A DNA stretch of 64,000 nucleotides from assembly GCA_963702005.1 (NCBI GenBank), contig OY969696.1, positions 1,088,001-1,152,000 of the forward strand, in the 5' to 3' direction. A program made the position numbers and the translations under genes. The stretch is from Candidatus Aminicenantes bacterium. Its GTDB lineage: Bacteria; Acidobacteriota; Aminicenantia; Aminicenantales; JAFGBC01. The notes below the pieces were generated by a model. The model saw nothing but the letters and a program-made list of their open reading frames with translations. It made no database searches and was not told the origin of the DNA. Shown here piece after piece: positions 45,255 through 55,900 of this stretch; the stretch's first letter is position 1; each line of letters starts with the position of its first letter.

Positions 45255-47033
45255 TCAGTAGCTCAGTCCGGCCCCGATCGGATAGCGGTCGCTGACCGCG
45301 ACGGGAAGCCGCCCGGTCGGCTTGATCTCGCCTTTGAGAAGCTTGATGATCGAATCGAAATAGACCGCCTGATTTCCGAACCAGCCCCGCTCGCCGTACC
45401 CGACCAGGAAGGCGGGGGCGTTCTCGATCTTCCGCAGCAGGTGGGGATTGCCGTAAGACATGAGGAGGACCGCGCCGGGCTTGGCCGCGATGATCTTTTG
45501 GATGAAGGCCAGGTCCCCATCGCGCAGGGGCGCGGCCTCTCCCAGGCGATCCCGCTGGACGAACAAGGATACCATGACGAGACCGGCCTCGAAGGCGGCC
45601 TGCCGGGCTCGTTCGAGGACGGCGGGATCCAGGTCGGGACGAAACACGAAGTTCTGGGTTCCCGGGAAGGCCGCGGCCAGCTTCGCGGCCAGGGCGGCGG
45701 GCGCCGGGTCGTTATCGAGCTTCTGGATGCTGATGTTGACCAGGCTCGCCAAGCGTTCCGTCGGGACGGGCAGGACGCCCTCGTTCTTGAGAAGCGTGAG
45801 GGAGCGGTCGGCGACCTTCTGGGCGACCGCGAGATGCGCCGGCGTTCCGACCATGGCGTTGATGCGGTCTTCGTCGACGAACCTGTTTTGAGGAAGGCCC
45901 AGCCGCGCCTTCAAGGTCAGGAGCTTGCGCACGGAGGCGTCGATCCGGGCTTCCTTGAGCCGGCCGGAGCGGACGGCGTCCGCGAGGGCCGCGATCGCCG
46001 CCGCCGGGTCTTTGGGTTTGAGGACGATGTCATGGCCGGCCTCGACGGCCCTGACGGCAACTTCGGCCGCCCCAAACCTCTTGACGACCTGATCGTACCA
46101 GAGGTCGTCGCTGGTGAGGATGCCCTGAAATCCGAGCTTGTCTCTGAGCCAGCCCGAGGCCAGCTTCCCTTCGACGCTGGCCGGAAGCTCGGAGCCGTCC
46201 GTGACCGAAGGGACGGCGATGTGCTCGCTCATCACGTAGGCCACGCCGGCTTCGATCGCCTGCTTGAAGGCGCGGAATTCCTGTCCCTCGACGGCCGCCG
46301 CGGGCTTGTTAATCCAGCTCCACTCGGGCGTCGCGGGCATCCGCTCGACATCCCCGCGCCCCGGAAAGTGCTTGGCCGTCGTCAGCATGCCGCTGTCGCG
46401 ATAGCCGCGCACGTAGGCCCGGACCATCCGGCCCAGGAGGTCGAGGTCGCCCCCGAAGGAGCGGACGCTTTCGGCCGGGTTGTCGGGACGGACCGCGATG
46501 TCGACGACCGGGGAATAGGTCAGATAGATGCCCATGGCCCGTCCTTCGATCCCCCCGATCCGGGCCGCTTCATACATGAGGGATTCGTCGCCGGCCGCGG
46601 CGAAGGCCATGTTGGCCGGGAACTCGGTCGCGCCGGCGATCTGCTGGCCCGGCCCGCCCTCGAAATCGGCCGCCATCAGGATCGGGATCCGGGCTTCTTT
46701 CTGGAGACGGTTGAGTAGATGGGCCACGTCCTTCGGGGTGCCGCCGTAGAGGACGAACCCTCCGACGCCGGAATCGCGGGCGAGCTTGACCCAGGACGCG
46801 AGTCGGGGGTCGTCGTCCGCGATGTATCCGCCGGCGATATCGACGCAGATCATCTGGCCGATCTTTTGCTCCAAGGTCAGCGACGCCAGCGTGCGGGCCG
46901 CCCATTCCGCCGCTGCGTCCTCGGAAACGGGAAGGGAAGAAGGCCGGCCGCCGGCCGGCGACAGCGCCGCCAGGAGCAAAGCTAAAAGTCCGGCCGGGGC
47001 TGTTTTTTTTAAGGAGCGCGCTCGTTGTCTCAT
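45255..47033 (-). CDS. Glycoside hydrolase family 3 (NagZ-like) exported protein
   Basis: LTLEQKIGQM, AADFEGG, SPVVD, RSFG, KHFPG, SDDL, AGHDIVL, TLLKNEG, PTGRLPV. Confidence 0.85.
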   Translation of the reverse strand: MRQRARSLKKTAPAGLLALLLAALSPAGGRPSSLPVSEDAAAEWAARTLASLTLEQKIGQMICVDIAGGYIADDDPRLASWVKLARDSGVGGFVLYGGTPKDVAHLLNRLQKEARIPILMAADFEGGPGQQIAGATEFPANMAFAAAGDESLMYEAARIGGIEGRAMGIYLTYSPVVDIAVRPDNPAESVRSFGGDLDLLGRMVRAYVRGYRDSGMLTTAKHFPGRGDVERMPATPEWSWINKPAAAVEGQEFRAFKQAIEAGVAYVMSEHIAVPSVTDGSELPASVEGKLASGWLRDKLGFQGILTSDDLWYDQVVKRFGAAEVAVRAVEAGHDIVLKPKDPAAAIAALADAVRSGRLKEARIDASVRKLLTLKARLGLPQNRFVDEDRINAMVGTPAHLAVAQKVADRSLTLLKNEGVLPVPTERLASLVNISIQKLDNDPAPAALAAKLAAAFPGTQNFVFRPDLDPAVLERARQAAFEAGLVMVSLFVQRDRLGEAAPLRDGDLAFIQKIIAAKPGAVLLMSYGNPHLLRKIENAPAFLVGYGERGWFGNQAVYFDSIIKLLKGEIKPTGRLPVAVSDRYPIGAGLSY

Positions 47034-47111
47034 ATTCCTCCTTTGTCGCCGCCAAAGGTATCATGTTCCTGCGATTCCGATCAAGGGGCGCCGTTTTCCT
47101 CCGAGCCGCTA

Positions 47112-47305
47112 CTGAAGCTCCACGTGAAAGCCTGTGGAGCTTCAGCCCCGAACAAGCCCAGCCCTGCAGTACTCATACTAAGCCGTTTCCGGCTTAGTAT
47201 GGGTGCCGGCATTCATGCACTCATGAACCAGAAACGGTTCATGAGTACTGGCGCTCCAACGAGCATTAGTCCGTGGAGCTTCGGCCGGGGTGTCGAGGGG
47301 TTGAC
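47112..47305 (+). mobile_element. Composite copy 4 of the hairpin element (right half with two nested modules and an extra left hairpin)
   Basis: CCCCGAACAAGCC...CCGGCATTCATGC...CGGGGTGTCGAGGGGTTGAC matches copy 1 once the inserts at 47159-47205 and 47219-47285 are removed. Confidence 0.75.
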
Positions 47306-47371
47306 AACGTCCGCGGCCGGCCTCATCCTAAGAAGGAATTTTCGGAATCCCGCGAGGAGAAAGGAGTGCCG

Positions 47372-47482
47372 ATGCCGACCAGAGTCACGGCCAAGGCGAC
47401 CTATCTGGGCAAAATGAAATTTTCGGGATCGGCCCGGGACAACCCGGCCGTGCCCGTGGCGTCCACGATCAGGATCGAGTGA
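47372..47482 (+). pseudogene. Short ORF, possible internally deleted OsmC-family gene
   Basis: Strong RBS AAGGAG; MPTRVTAKATYLGKMKFSGSARDNPAV resembles an OsmC/YhfA N-terminus and PVASTIRIE a C-terminus. Confidence 0.35.
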
Positions 47483-47486
47483 TCCG

Positions 47487-49253
47487 ATGTCCACGCCGAA
47501 AAACAAGCGTTTCCGGGGGGCGATGGCCGGGATCGTTCTTCTGGCCCTGTGCTGCGGGCTTTCTTGCCGGACGGCCGATTCGACTCCGGTCAAGGCCGAC
47601 CTCATCCTGACCAACGGCGCCGTCTACACGATGGACGCGGCGCGGAGCTGGGCCGAGGCCGTCGCCGTCGCGGACGGAAAAATCGTCTACGTCGGAGACG
47701 CGGCCGGGGCCGGACGATTCCGTTCGGAATCGACCCGCGTCGTCGACCTCGGCGGCGGGACGGTCCTTCCCGCCTTCCAGGATTCCCACATCCACCTGGT
47801 GAGCGGGGGGATGGATCTCAGCCAGTGTCTCCTCAACGAATTGACGACCCGGGACGAGGTGTTCGCCCGGATCCGCGAATACGCGGCCCGAAATCCCGGC
47901 ACGGCTTGGGTCGTCGGCAGAGGCTGGGAGCTGCCCGTCTTTCCCGCCGCCAATCCCTCCAAACAAGACCTCGACCACCTCGTCCCGGACCGGCCCGCCT
48001 GCATGACCGCCGCGGACGGACATTCGGCCTGGGTCAATTCGCGGGCCCTGGCCCTGGCCGGGATCACGCGGGCGACTCCCGATCCCAAGTACGGCCGCAT
48101 CGAGCGGGACCCGAAAACCAGCGAGCCCTCGGGGACGCTCCGGGAGGGCGCGGCCGGCATGGTCGAGCGCCTTATCCCCGAGCCGACGGCCGAGGAATAC
48201 CTCGAGGGCCTCCGAAAGGGGATGGCCCTGGCCAACCGGCTCGGCATCACGTCCATAATCGATGCCAGCGTCGACGATAAAATCCTCGAAGCCTACTGCG
48301 AGCTCGACCGCCGGAATGAACTTACGGTGCGGGTCCTGGCCTGCCTGGAGGTCGACCCCGAAAAGGATGTCGCCCAGATTCCGTCTTTGATCGAAAAACG
48401 AAGGACGAGCCAGGGCCGCTTCCTCAAGGCAACGGCCGCTAAAATATTCGCCGACGGCGTCATGGAGTCGGGCACGGCGGCTCTCCTCGAACCCTACCTC
48501 AACCGGCCGGGCGATCGGGGCCCGACCGACCTGGAGCAGGACTTGTTCAATCGCCTGGCCGTCGCCCTCGACAAGGAGGGTTTCCAAATCCACGTCCACG
48601 CGATAGGCGACCGGGCCGTTCGGATGACCCTCGACGCTTTGGAGGCCGCCCGCCTCGCCAACGGTCCCCGCGACGCCCGGCATCACATCGCCCATCTCGA
48701 GCTCATCGACCCCGCGGATATCGTCCGCTTCCGGCCGCTCGGCGTCGCGGCCAACTTCCAGGCGCTCTGGGCCTGGCCGGATTCCTACATCACGGATTTG
48801 ACCCTGCCGGTGCTTGGCCCGGCCCGCTCGCGCTGGCTCTACCCGATCGGGAGCGTGGCCCGAACCGGAGCCGTCATCGCCGGCGGCTCCGACTGGCCGG
48901 TGTCCTCGATGAACCCGCTCGAGGCCGTCCAGGTCGGCGTCACGCGAAGCCGGCCGGACGACGAAGGGGGTGCCCCCTGGATCCCCGACGAACGGGTCGA
49001 TCTGGCGACGATGCTGGCCGCCTACACGATCAGCGGCGCCTTCCTCAGCCGCGAGGAGGACGTCCGCGGCTCGATCGAACCCGGCAAGCTGGCGGACCTT
49101 GTCCTCCTAGACCGGAATCCGTTCGATGGTCCGCCGGTCCGAATCCATACCGCCAAGGTCTTAAAGACTTTTTTAAACGGCGTGGAGATCTATCGCAGCC
49201 AGGAGGAGAAAAGCGTCCTCGCCGGACTTAAAACGAAAATCCCTTTTCCGTGA
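47487..49253 (+). CDS. Amidohydrolase family 3 (YtcJ-like), exported
   Basis: [48 protein letters not shown]. Confidence 0.9.
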   Translation: MSTPKNKRFRGAMAGIVLLALCCGLSCRTADSTPVKADLILTNGAVYTMDAARSWAEAVAVADGKIVYVGDAAGAGRFRSESTRVVDLGGGTVLPAFQDSHIHLVSGGMDLSQCLLNELTTRDEVFARIREYAARNPGTAWVVGRGWELPVFPAANPSKQDLDHLVPDRPACMTAADGHSAWVNSRALALAGITRATPDPKYGRIERDPKTSEPSGTLREGAAGMVERLIPEPTAEEYLEGLRKGMALANRLGITSIIDASVDDKILEAYCELDRRNELTVRVLACLEVDPEKDVAQIPSLIEKRRTSQGRFLKATAAKIFADGVMESGTAALLEPYLNRPGDRGPTDLEQDLFNRLAVALDKEGFQIHVHAIGDRAVRMTLDALEAARLANGPRDARHHIAHLELIDPADIVRFRPLGVAANFQALWAWPDSYITDLTLPVLGPARSRWLYPIGSVARTGAVIAGGSDWPVSSMNPLEAVQVGVTRSRPDDEGGAPWIPDERVDLATMLAAYTISGAFLSREEDVRGSIEPGKLADLVLLDRNPFDGPPVRIHTAKVLKTFLNGVEIYRSQEEKSVLAGLKTKIPFP

Positions 49254-51432
49254 AGAGCCGGCGACAGGCGCCCGCGAACTCGGCGTCGTACTTGACGCCG
49301 GCGTGGCCGGCGATTTCGGCAAGGGCTTGGTCGAGGCTGTGGGCCGGCCGGTAAGGCCGGTGGGCGGTCATGGCCTCGACGACATCGGCGATCATGAGGA
49401 TGCGCGCCTCCGGGATAATGGCTTCCCCCCTCAGGCCGCTCGGATAGCCGGATCCGTCCAGCCGCTCATGGTGCTGATGGACGATGCGGTCCACCGGCCA
49501 GGGGAACTCGATGGCCTTGAGGATCTCGTAGCCGACCTGGGGGTGAATCCGGATGAGCATGAGCTCGGACTCGGTCAGGGCGGCCGTCTTGCACAGAATC
49601 TCGGCCGGGACCGAAATCTTTCCGAGATCGTGGATGGACCCGGCGATCCGGATCCCTTCGACCTTGTCGGGCGGAAAGCCCGCTTCGGCGGCGATAGCCG
49701 AGGCCAGGACGGCCACCCTCCGCTGGTGGCCGGCCGTGTAAGGATCCCGGACTTCGATCATGGCGATCATGGCCTGGATGGAGGCGTTGAGGGCCTTGTT
49801 GAGCTTATCGACACTGTTGCGGAGGGCTTCCTCGGCCCTCCAGAGTTCGCTGATGTCCTGGACCGTTCCCAGGGAACGGAAGGGACGGCCCTGGGCATCA
49901 CAGTAGGTGCGGCTCCTCTCCTGGACGACGCGGATCGTCCCGTCCGGGCGAACGATCCGATGGGTCGTTTGGTAGGACTTACGGTCCGCCGCGGACCCCT
50001 CGAAGGCGAGGCGCACGGCTTCCCGGTCCTCGGGATGGACGATCTCGAGGAAAGCCTCCCGCGTCGGGGAGAAGGCCTTGGGGGAGCGGCCGAAGATCCG
50101 GTAGACTTCTTCGGACCAGATCAGATAGCCCGTCCCGTGATCGATCTCCCAGTGGCCGATGTGGGCGACCTCCTGGGCTTCTTTGAGAAGGGCCTCGCTC
50201 CTCCGCAGGGCTTCGTCGGCGCGTTTGCGGTCCGTGATGTCGCGGGCGATCGAGACGACGCCCAGGATCTGGCCGTTGACGATGAGGGGAGCCCCGCTGG
50301 TCTCGCCGTAGCGGCGGGATCCGTCTTTGGCGATAAAGACGTATTCGACGGTGACTACTTCGCCGGACAAGACCCTCCGGGCGTGGGCGACGGCCGAGGC
50401 TAAGGATTCCGGGGCGAGAATGGCGGCCTCCGCGAACGTCTTGCCGACGAGCTCCTCGGGCCGATATCCAAGGACCTTCTCGACCGAAGGGGAGACGCTC
50501 AGGATCCGGAAATGGGCGTCGTAAGAAAAGATGACATCGATCGCGTTCTCGAAATTGAGGCGGTACATCGACTCGCTCGCCCGGAGAGCTTCCTCAACCC
50601 TTTTCCGTTCGGTGATGTCCATGGATACGGTCGCGAACCTGTCCGGAGCGGGGGAAAAAACGGAAATGCTGAAATGCTTCTGGAGCGGGGCGAAATAAGC
50701 CTCGAACTGTTCGGGGAGGCCCGTTCGGGCCACCCGGGCATAGGTTTCGAGGTAGGGGGGAACGCCCGATCCGTAGAGCCGGGAGGCCAGCGTTGCCGGG
50801 GCGTGGGGGCGAGGGATCCCCGTCGCCGCCGTAAAGGCGGGGTTGCAGTCGAGGATCCGGTAGTCGACGGGCCGGCCGTCCGGATCGTAGACCAGCTCGT
50901 GGAGGGCGACGAGCTCGCGCATGTTATCGAATAGGGCACGGAACTTCTCTTCGCTCTCCTTGAGGGCGTCTTCGGCGCGGCGGCGCGCGGTCACGTCGCG
51001 GAAGCTCCAGACGCGGCCCACGGTCTTGTCTCCGATGACCTGCGGCTTGGAATACCTTTCGAATACCCGGCCGTCCTTGAATTCGAGGACGTCGAAGCTT
51101 TCGGCCGAGGGCGACGCGTATAGCTCCCGGACCTTAGCCAGAAATTGTTCCGGGTCCCGAAGCTGGTCCAGGACGAACGACAAGGCCCGTTCGTCGCTGC
51201 GGCTGGCGGCGATGGAGTCGGGGATCCTCCACAGCTCCAGGAACTTTATGTTGTATTTCGTGATCCGTCCTTGGCCGTCGACGACGAGTATGCCGTCCGC
51301 CGTCGAGTCGAGGGTGGCCTCTAAAAGAGAGACGGTCTCTCGGATTTCCTCCGCCTCCGGGACCGAAGCGGGATTCGGCGTGGAGTCTTCCACGAGCGCG
51401 CGCTCCCTTTTCTTTTTTTGAGGGTGGATCAT
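49228..51432 (-). CDS. Multi-PAS HD-GYP c-di-GMP phosphodiesterase
   Basis: Four PAS-like domains, [24 protein letters not shown]. Confidence 0.9.
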   Translation of the reverse strand: MIHPQKKKRERALVEDSTPNPASVPEAEEIRETVSLLEATLDSTADGILVVDGQGRITKYNIKFLELWRIPDSIAASRSDERALSFVLDQLRDPEQFLAKVRELYASPSAESFDVLEFKDGRVFERYSKPQVIGDKTVGRVWSFRDVTARRRAEDALKESEEKFRALFDNMRELVALHELVYDPDGRPVDYRILDCNPAFTAATGIPRPHAPATLASRLYGSGVPPYLETYARVARTGLPEQFEAYFAPLQKHFSISVFSPAPDRFATVSMDITERKRVEEALRASESMYRLNFENAIDVIFSYDAHFRILSVSPSVEKVLGYRPEELVGKTFAEAAILAPESLASAVAHARRVLSGEVVTVEYVFIAKDGSRRYGETSGAPLIVNGQILGVVSIARDITDRKRADEALRRSEALLKEAQEVAHIGHWEIDHGTGYLIWSEEVYRIFGRSPKAFSPTREAFLEIVHPEDREAVRLAFEGSAADRKSYQTTHRIVRPDGTIRVVQERSRTYCDAQGRPFRSLGTVQDISELWRAEEALRNSVDKLNKALNASIQAMIAMIEVRDPYTAGHQRRVAVLASAIAAEAGFPPDKVEGIRIAGSIHDLGKISVPAEILCKTAALTESELMLIRIHPQVGYEILKAIEFPWPVDRIVHQHHERLDGSGYPSGLRGEAIIPEARILMIADVVEAMTAHRPYRPAHSLDQALAEIAGHAGVKYDAEFAGACRRLFTEKGFSF

Positions 51433-51447
51433 CTTTTCTTAAGCTCA

Positions 51448-51477
51448 AGAATACTCGCCTCCCTCAAGGCTTGTCAA
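51448..51477 (-). promoter_or_regulatory. Promoter TTGACA-N18-TATTCT for the HD-GYP gene
   Basis: tgtcaa 51472-51477 and agaata 51448-51453 on the + strand. Confidence 0.6.
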
Positions 51478-51539
51478 TCGAAAGGGGTATTTCATTCGAG
51501 TCCCGACCGAAGACGGGTTGAGCATCCGGCCGACGAATT

Positions 51540-52874
51540 TCATGGGGTCCAAGACCCGATGACTCTGTTCCGTCCCTCCTTCTTGGCCCGGTAGAGGGCG
51601 TCGTCGGCCCGCTTGATGATGGCGTCGATATTCGGGTCGGAGGCGCTCATGGCCGCGACCCCGATGCTGACGGTCAGGGGGATGCCGTCCGGAGTTCCCT
51701 GGATCCGGATGCCTTTCCCGACGGCGGTCCGGATCCGTTCGGCCAGGTCGACCAGAGAGGCGAGCGGAGTCTCGGTGACGACGATCAAGAATTCTTCGCC
51801 GCCGTAGCGGCCGACGATGTCGTACTTCCGAACCTCGGCCGCCAGGGTCGCGCCGACCTGGCGGAGAACCCGATCTCCGGCCGGATGTCCGAACCGGTCG
51901 TTGACGGACTTGAAATGATCGAGGTCGAGGATCAAACATCCCAAAGGCCTGCCTTGGCGCTTGGCCCGCTGGAATTCCTCGGCGAAACGGTCCAGGAGAT
52001 GCCCTCGATTCCAGATGCCGGTCAGGATGTCCATCCGGGCCATGATCTGGAGCTGGCGGCGGGCTTCGTCGAGCCCCCGCTTGAGGCGGAGGACATAGAC
52101 GGTGATCATCCCGAACAGGAGGAAGCTGGTGAGGACGGCCACGATGGCGATCCCGATGATATTGTGCGTCAGCTTCTCCTGGACGCTTCCGAACTCAAAG
52201 CCGACGCTGATCCCGCCCCGGATGTCTCCCGTTTTGTATCCCTGCTTGGCGTGGCAGGCCAGACAGGATTTCTCTACGTGAAGGGGAGCCATGTATCGGT
52301 AGAAAAGCTTGTTGCCGTCCCGATAATCATCGAACGCCTCCAGGACGCCCGTCTCGAACAGACGGAGCGCCTTCGCCTCCCAGTCGCTCGGTTGGTTATC
52401 CGGGTTGAGAGGGTTGAGGCTCGTCAGGTGGAACTTGAAGAGGCCCTCGCTCGCCGCGACTTGGGAAATTTCCCGGGTCATGATCTCGGGCGTCCGATTG
52501 GTGAGGATCCGGCCGTCTTGGGCGAGGAGGTCGGGGTTATCCAGGAAGGGGCTCGATTGGACGCCTTCCGTCTTCACCACATAAACGCCGCCGTAGCGGG
52601 CATTCCATTTACGGACGAGGACGATGGAATTGAAATGGGACCGGGCCCGGGCTAAAAGCTCTTCGCGGATGAGGGCCCGCCCCTGGTAGGCGATCCCGAC
52701 GAAGATGGCGGCCAAGGAAAGCCCGAGGGTGGCGGCGACGGAGATGACGAAGCCCCGGTAGAAACGCGTTTCCTTGTTCCCGGGCGAAGCGACGCCCGCG
52801 ATCGGAGCGATGAGTCCTCTCGCTTCGAGGTCAAGTCCTTCTTTGGGGACCTGCCGAGAGCGGTTCCGTATCAT
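51540..52874 (-). CDS. Membrane diguanylate cyclase with periplasmic c-type heme (DUF3365-like) sensor
   Basis: Two TMs, WNARYGGVYV, SLNPLNPDN, SCLACH, DLDHFKSVNDRFGH, RYGGEEF. Confidence 0.88.
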   Translation of the reverse strand: MIRNRSRQVPKEGLDLEARGLIAPIAGVASPGNKETRFYRGFVISVAATLGLSLAAIFVGIAYQGRALIREELLARARSHFNSIVLVRKWNARYGGVYVVKTEGVQSSPFLDNPDLLAQDGRILTNRTPEIMTREISQVAASEGLFKFHLTSLNPLNPDNQPSDWEAKALRLFETGVLEAFDDYRDGNKLFYRYMAPLHVEKSCLACHAKQGYKTGDIRGGISVGFEFGSVQEKLTHNIIGIAIVAVLTSFLLFGMITVYVLRLKRGLDEARRQLQIMARMDILTGIWNRGHLLDRFAEEFQRAKRQGRPLGCLILDLDHFKSVNDRFGHPAGDRVLRQVGATLAAEVRKYDIVGRYGGEEFLIVVTETPLASLVDLAERIRTAVGKGIRIQGTPDGIPLTVSIGVAAMSASDPNIDAIIKRADDALYRAKKEGRNRVIGSWTP

Positions 52875-52938
52875 GATCCTCTTTTCTTGCCCCCATTCTA
52901 ATGCGATACCGTCCCTTGTTGCAAGAGGGGGATAAAGG

Positions 52939-52968
52939 TTGACGGGCGTCCTCGGCCGGCGATATAGT
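52939..52968 (+). promoter_or_regulatory. Promoter TTGACG-N18-TATAGT, probably leaderless transcript
   Basis: In-frame GTG at 52975 is separated from the -10 by 6 nt, with no SD. Confidence 0.55.
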
Positions 52969-52974
52969 TTGGGC

Positions 52975-55900
52975 GTGCCTTCCAGGACGATCAAACCGGC
53001 GCCCGGGGGGACAGGCCGGGCTCCCCGCGTCCTGACCCCGGAAAAGGCCCTGCGCTTTCCCGAATTCGTCCTCCTCAAGGCGTCCGCGGGGTCGGGCAAG
53101 ACCCACGCCCTTTCCCTCCGCTTCGTTCAACTCCTCCTCGCGGACCGGGTCCGTACCCTCGCCCCGGCCGACCTGCGGAACATCCTGGCCATCACGTTCA
53201 CCCGGAACGCGGCCCGGGAAATGAAGGACCGGATCTTGGACTGGCTCAAACAATGCTACAGGGGCGACCGGGCCAAGAGCGAGGAAGTCCTGGACATCGT
53301 CTCCCTGGGCCGGGACGAGCTCCCCGGCCGGGCCGAGCGGACGATCGCGGCCATCTTGTCCCGGTACACGGACTTTCAGGTCGAGACGATCGACAGTTTC
53401 ATGGCCGCCGTCTTCAAAGCCTCGGCCGTCGACCTCGGCTATTCGCCGGACTTCGAGATCGTCCTCGACCCCTCGGAGCTCGTTGAATACGCTTTCTACC
53501 GCTACTTGCGGCGGGTCTCCGGCCGGAGCGGGGAGGGCGCCGTTTTTCGGGTCCTGCTCGAGGACATCCTCGCCAACCTGCCCCAAGACGCGGCCTTCAG
53601 TTGGGATCCGACCGAACTCGTCCTGAAAAAGCTGGTCGGGCTCCATGGGGCCCTGGCGGCCCGCCCCGAGGAGCTCATCGTCGAGGACAACCGGGAAGGG
53701 CGCTCCCGGCTTCAGGGGGCGATCGCGGGCGCGGCCGATGATCTCGCGGGGCGCATCGCGGATTCGGGCCTGGAACCGAACCCGAGGAGTCAGTGGCGAA
53801 CCCGGATCGAACCGGCCGTCCGCAAGGCCAGGTTCGCGGACCTCGTCGGCGCGAGCTTCAAGACGCTTCCCGTCAAGACGGCCCGGGGCGGCGGCGCTGC
53901 CGGCGCCGGCGAAGCGGTCGAGAGGTCCTGGCGTCGTCTCGAGGGCCTCGTCAATGAATATAAATTCCTGTTCGCGCGGGACTTCTTCCATCCCTATCTC
54001 ACCGCCTACCGGGCCTTCGCCGGCAGCCTGGACCGCGTCAAGCGGGAGCGCGGCACCGTCTTCCTCGATGACATCAACAAGCAGCTCGCCGGCTACATCG
54101 ACCGGGGTATCGTCCCCGACATCTATTTCCGGCTGGGGGACCGGATCGCCCATTTCCTCATCGACGAATTCCAGGACACCTCGCCCGTCCAGTGGCTGAA
54201 CCTGCGGCCGCTCGTCGAGAATTCCCTGGCCCAGAACGGAAGCTTGTTCATCGTCGGCGACACCAAACAGGCCATCTACGGATTCAGGGACGCCGATTAC
54301 CGGATCATGAGATGGCTCGAAGCCGGCCAAGACTCGTTCCCTTCGGTCGAGGTCGAGGTCCGGGAGCTCGCTCAAAGCCGGCGCTGCCACGAGGCCGTCC
54401 TGGACTTCGTGAAAGGGATTTTTTTGGATAAGGCCTCGCGCCACGAGAACTACGCCGGGATCGCGAGCCTCAGCGGCCTGACCGATTTTCGGCAGGAGGT
54501 TCTCGATCGCGACCGGAGGTCGGGTCACGTCGAGTACATCGTCCTCGAAAAATCCGCCTCCGGCGACGAAGCGGAGGACGAAGACGCCGGCGGGGCGGTC
54601 CGGCCGGGCGGCGGGCGGCCCGACATCGGGGAGTTTCCGGAGCGATTCGAGATTCAGGACAGGGTCCGCGACCTCAGGGCGCGCGGCTACGCTTACGCCG
54701 ATATCGCCATCCTGACTTACAAGAACGACAACGTCGTCCGGGTCGCCTCCTGGCTCAACGAGGTCGGCATCCCCTTCATCCCTTTCAGCAGTCTCGACAT
54801 CCGCAAGCGGGGGGTCATCCAGGAGGTCTTGAGCCTCCTTCTGTTCCTGGATTCCCCTCCCGACGATTTGTCCTTCGCTTCGTTCCTCCTGGGCCGGGTC
54901 CTGGCCGCCAAGACGGTTCGGGACGGGCCGGCCTTCGAGCCCGGACACTGGCACCGGTTCCTGTTCGCCTGCCGCCGGGCGAAGGAATCGCCGCTCTATG
55001 TCGCGTTCCGGAAACGGTATCCGGACCTATGGGACAAGGCCTTCGAGCGGCTCTTCAAGTCCGTCGGCTACTATCCTCTCTACGACCTGGTGACGCTGGC
55101 TTTTCGGGTCTTCGACGTCTTCGCCCTCTTCCCCGAGGAGGAAGCCGCCCTGGTCAAGCTCCTCGAGGCCATCAAGGATTTCGAAGGGAAGGGCCGAAAC
55201 GACCTGCGCGAGTTTCTCGCCTACGCCGGCCAGGGCGAAGGGGACGCCTCGGCCTGGACGATCGACGTCCCCTCCGAGATCGACGCCGTCAAGGTCATGA
55301 GCATCCACAAGGCCAAGGGGCTGGGGTTTCCGGCCGTCATCCTGCTCCTCTACGGCGAGCGGTTCATGCCGCCCGAGTTTTTCCTGGGGCGCGAGAGAGA
55401 CGGCGTCCGGGTCTACAAGATCAACAAGGACCTGGCCCTGGCCGACGAGCGGTTGAAGGGGATCTACGAAGAGGCGAAGACCAGGGAAAGCGTCAACCGC
55501 CTCAACACCCTCTATGTGGCCTTAACCCGGGCGCGGTCGGAGCTTCACGTCATCGGAGTCAAGGGGCGGACGGCGGGTTATCCGTTCGACCTCCTCGGGA
55601 CGGAGGGATTCGCGTCCTCGGGCTCCCGGCCGCCGGCCCCGAAAGCCGTGCCCCGGCCGGAGCCGCCCGCGGCGGAGACGCTCCGCTTCAACGAAGCCCC
55701 GGAGCCGACGGCGCGGCCGAGCGATGAGCCCGGCTGGGGACGGGGCGTCCGCAGAGGAGAGCTCATCCACGAGATCCTGGCCGGGCTCGAATTCCTGAAG
55801 GGCGGCTGGGAGGCGGACATCGGGAGGATCATCGAAGGGCTTCCTCTCGCCGCGCCGGACCGCCCCACGGCCGAAGAGGCCGGCCGGGTCCTTGTCCGCT

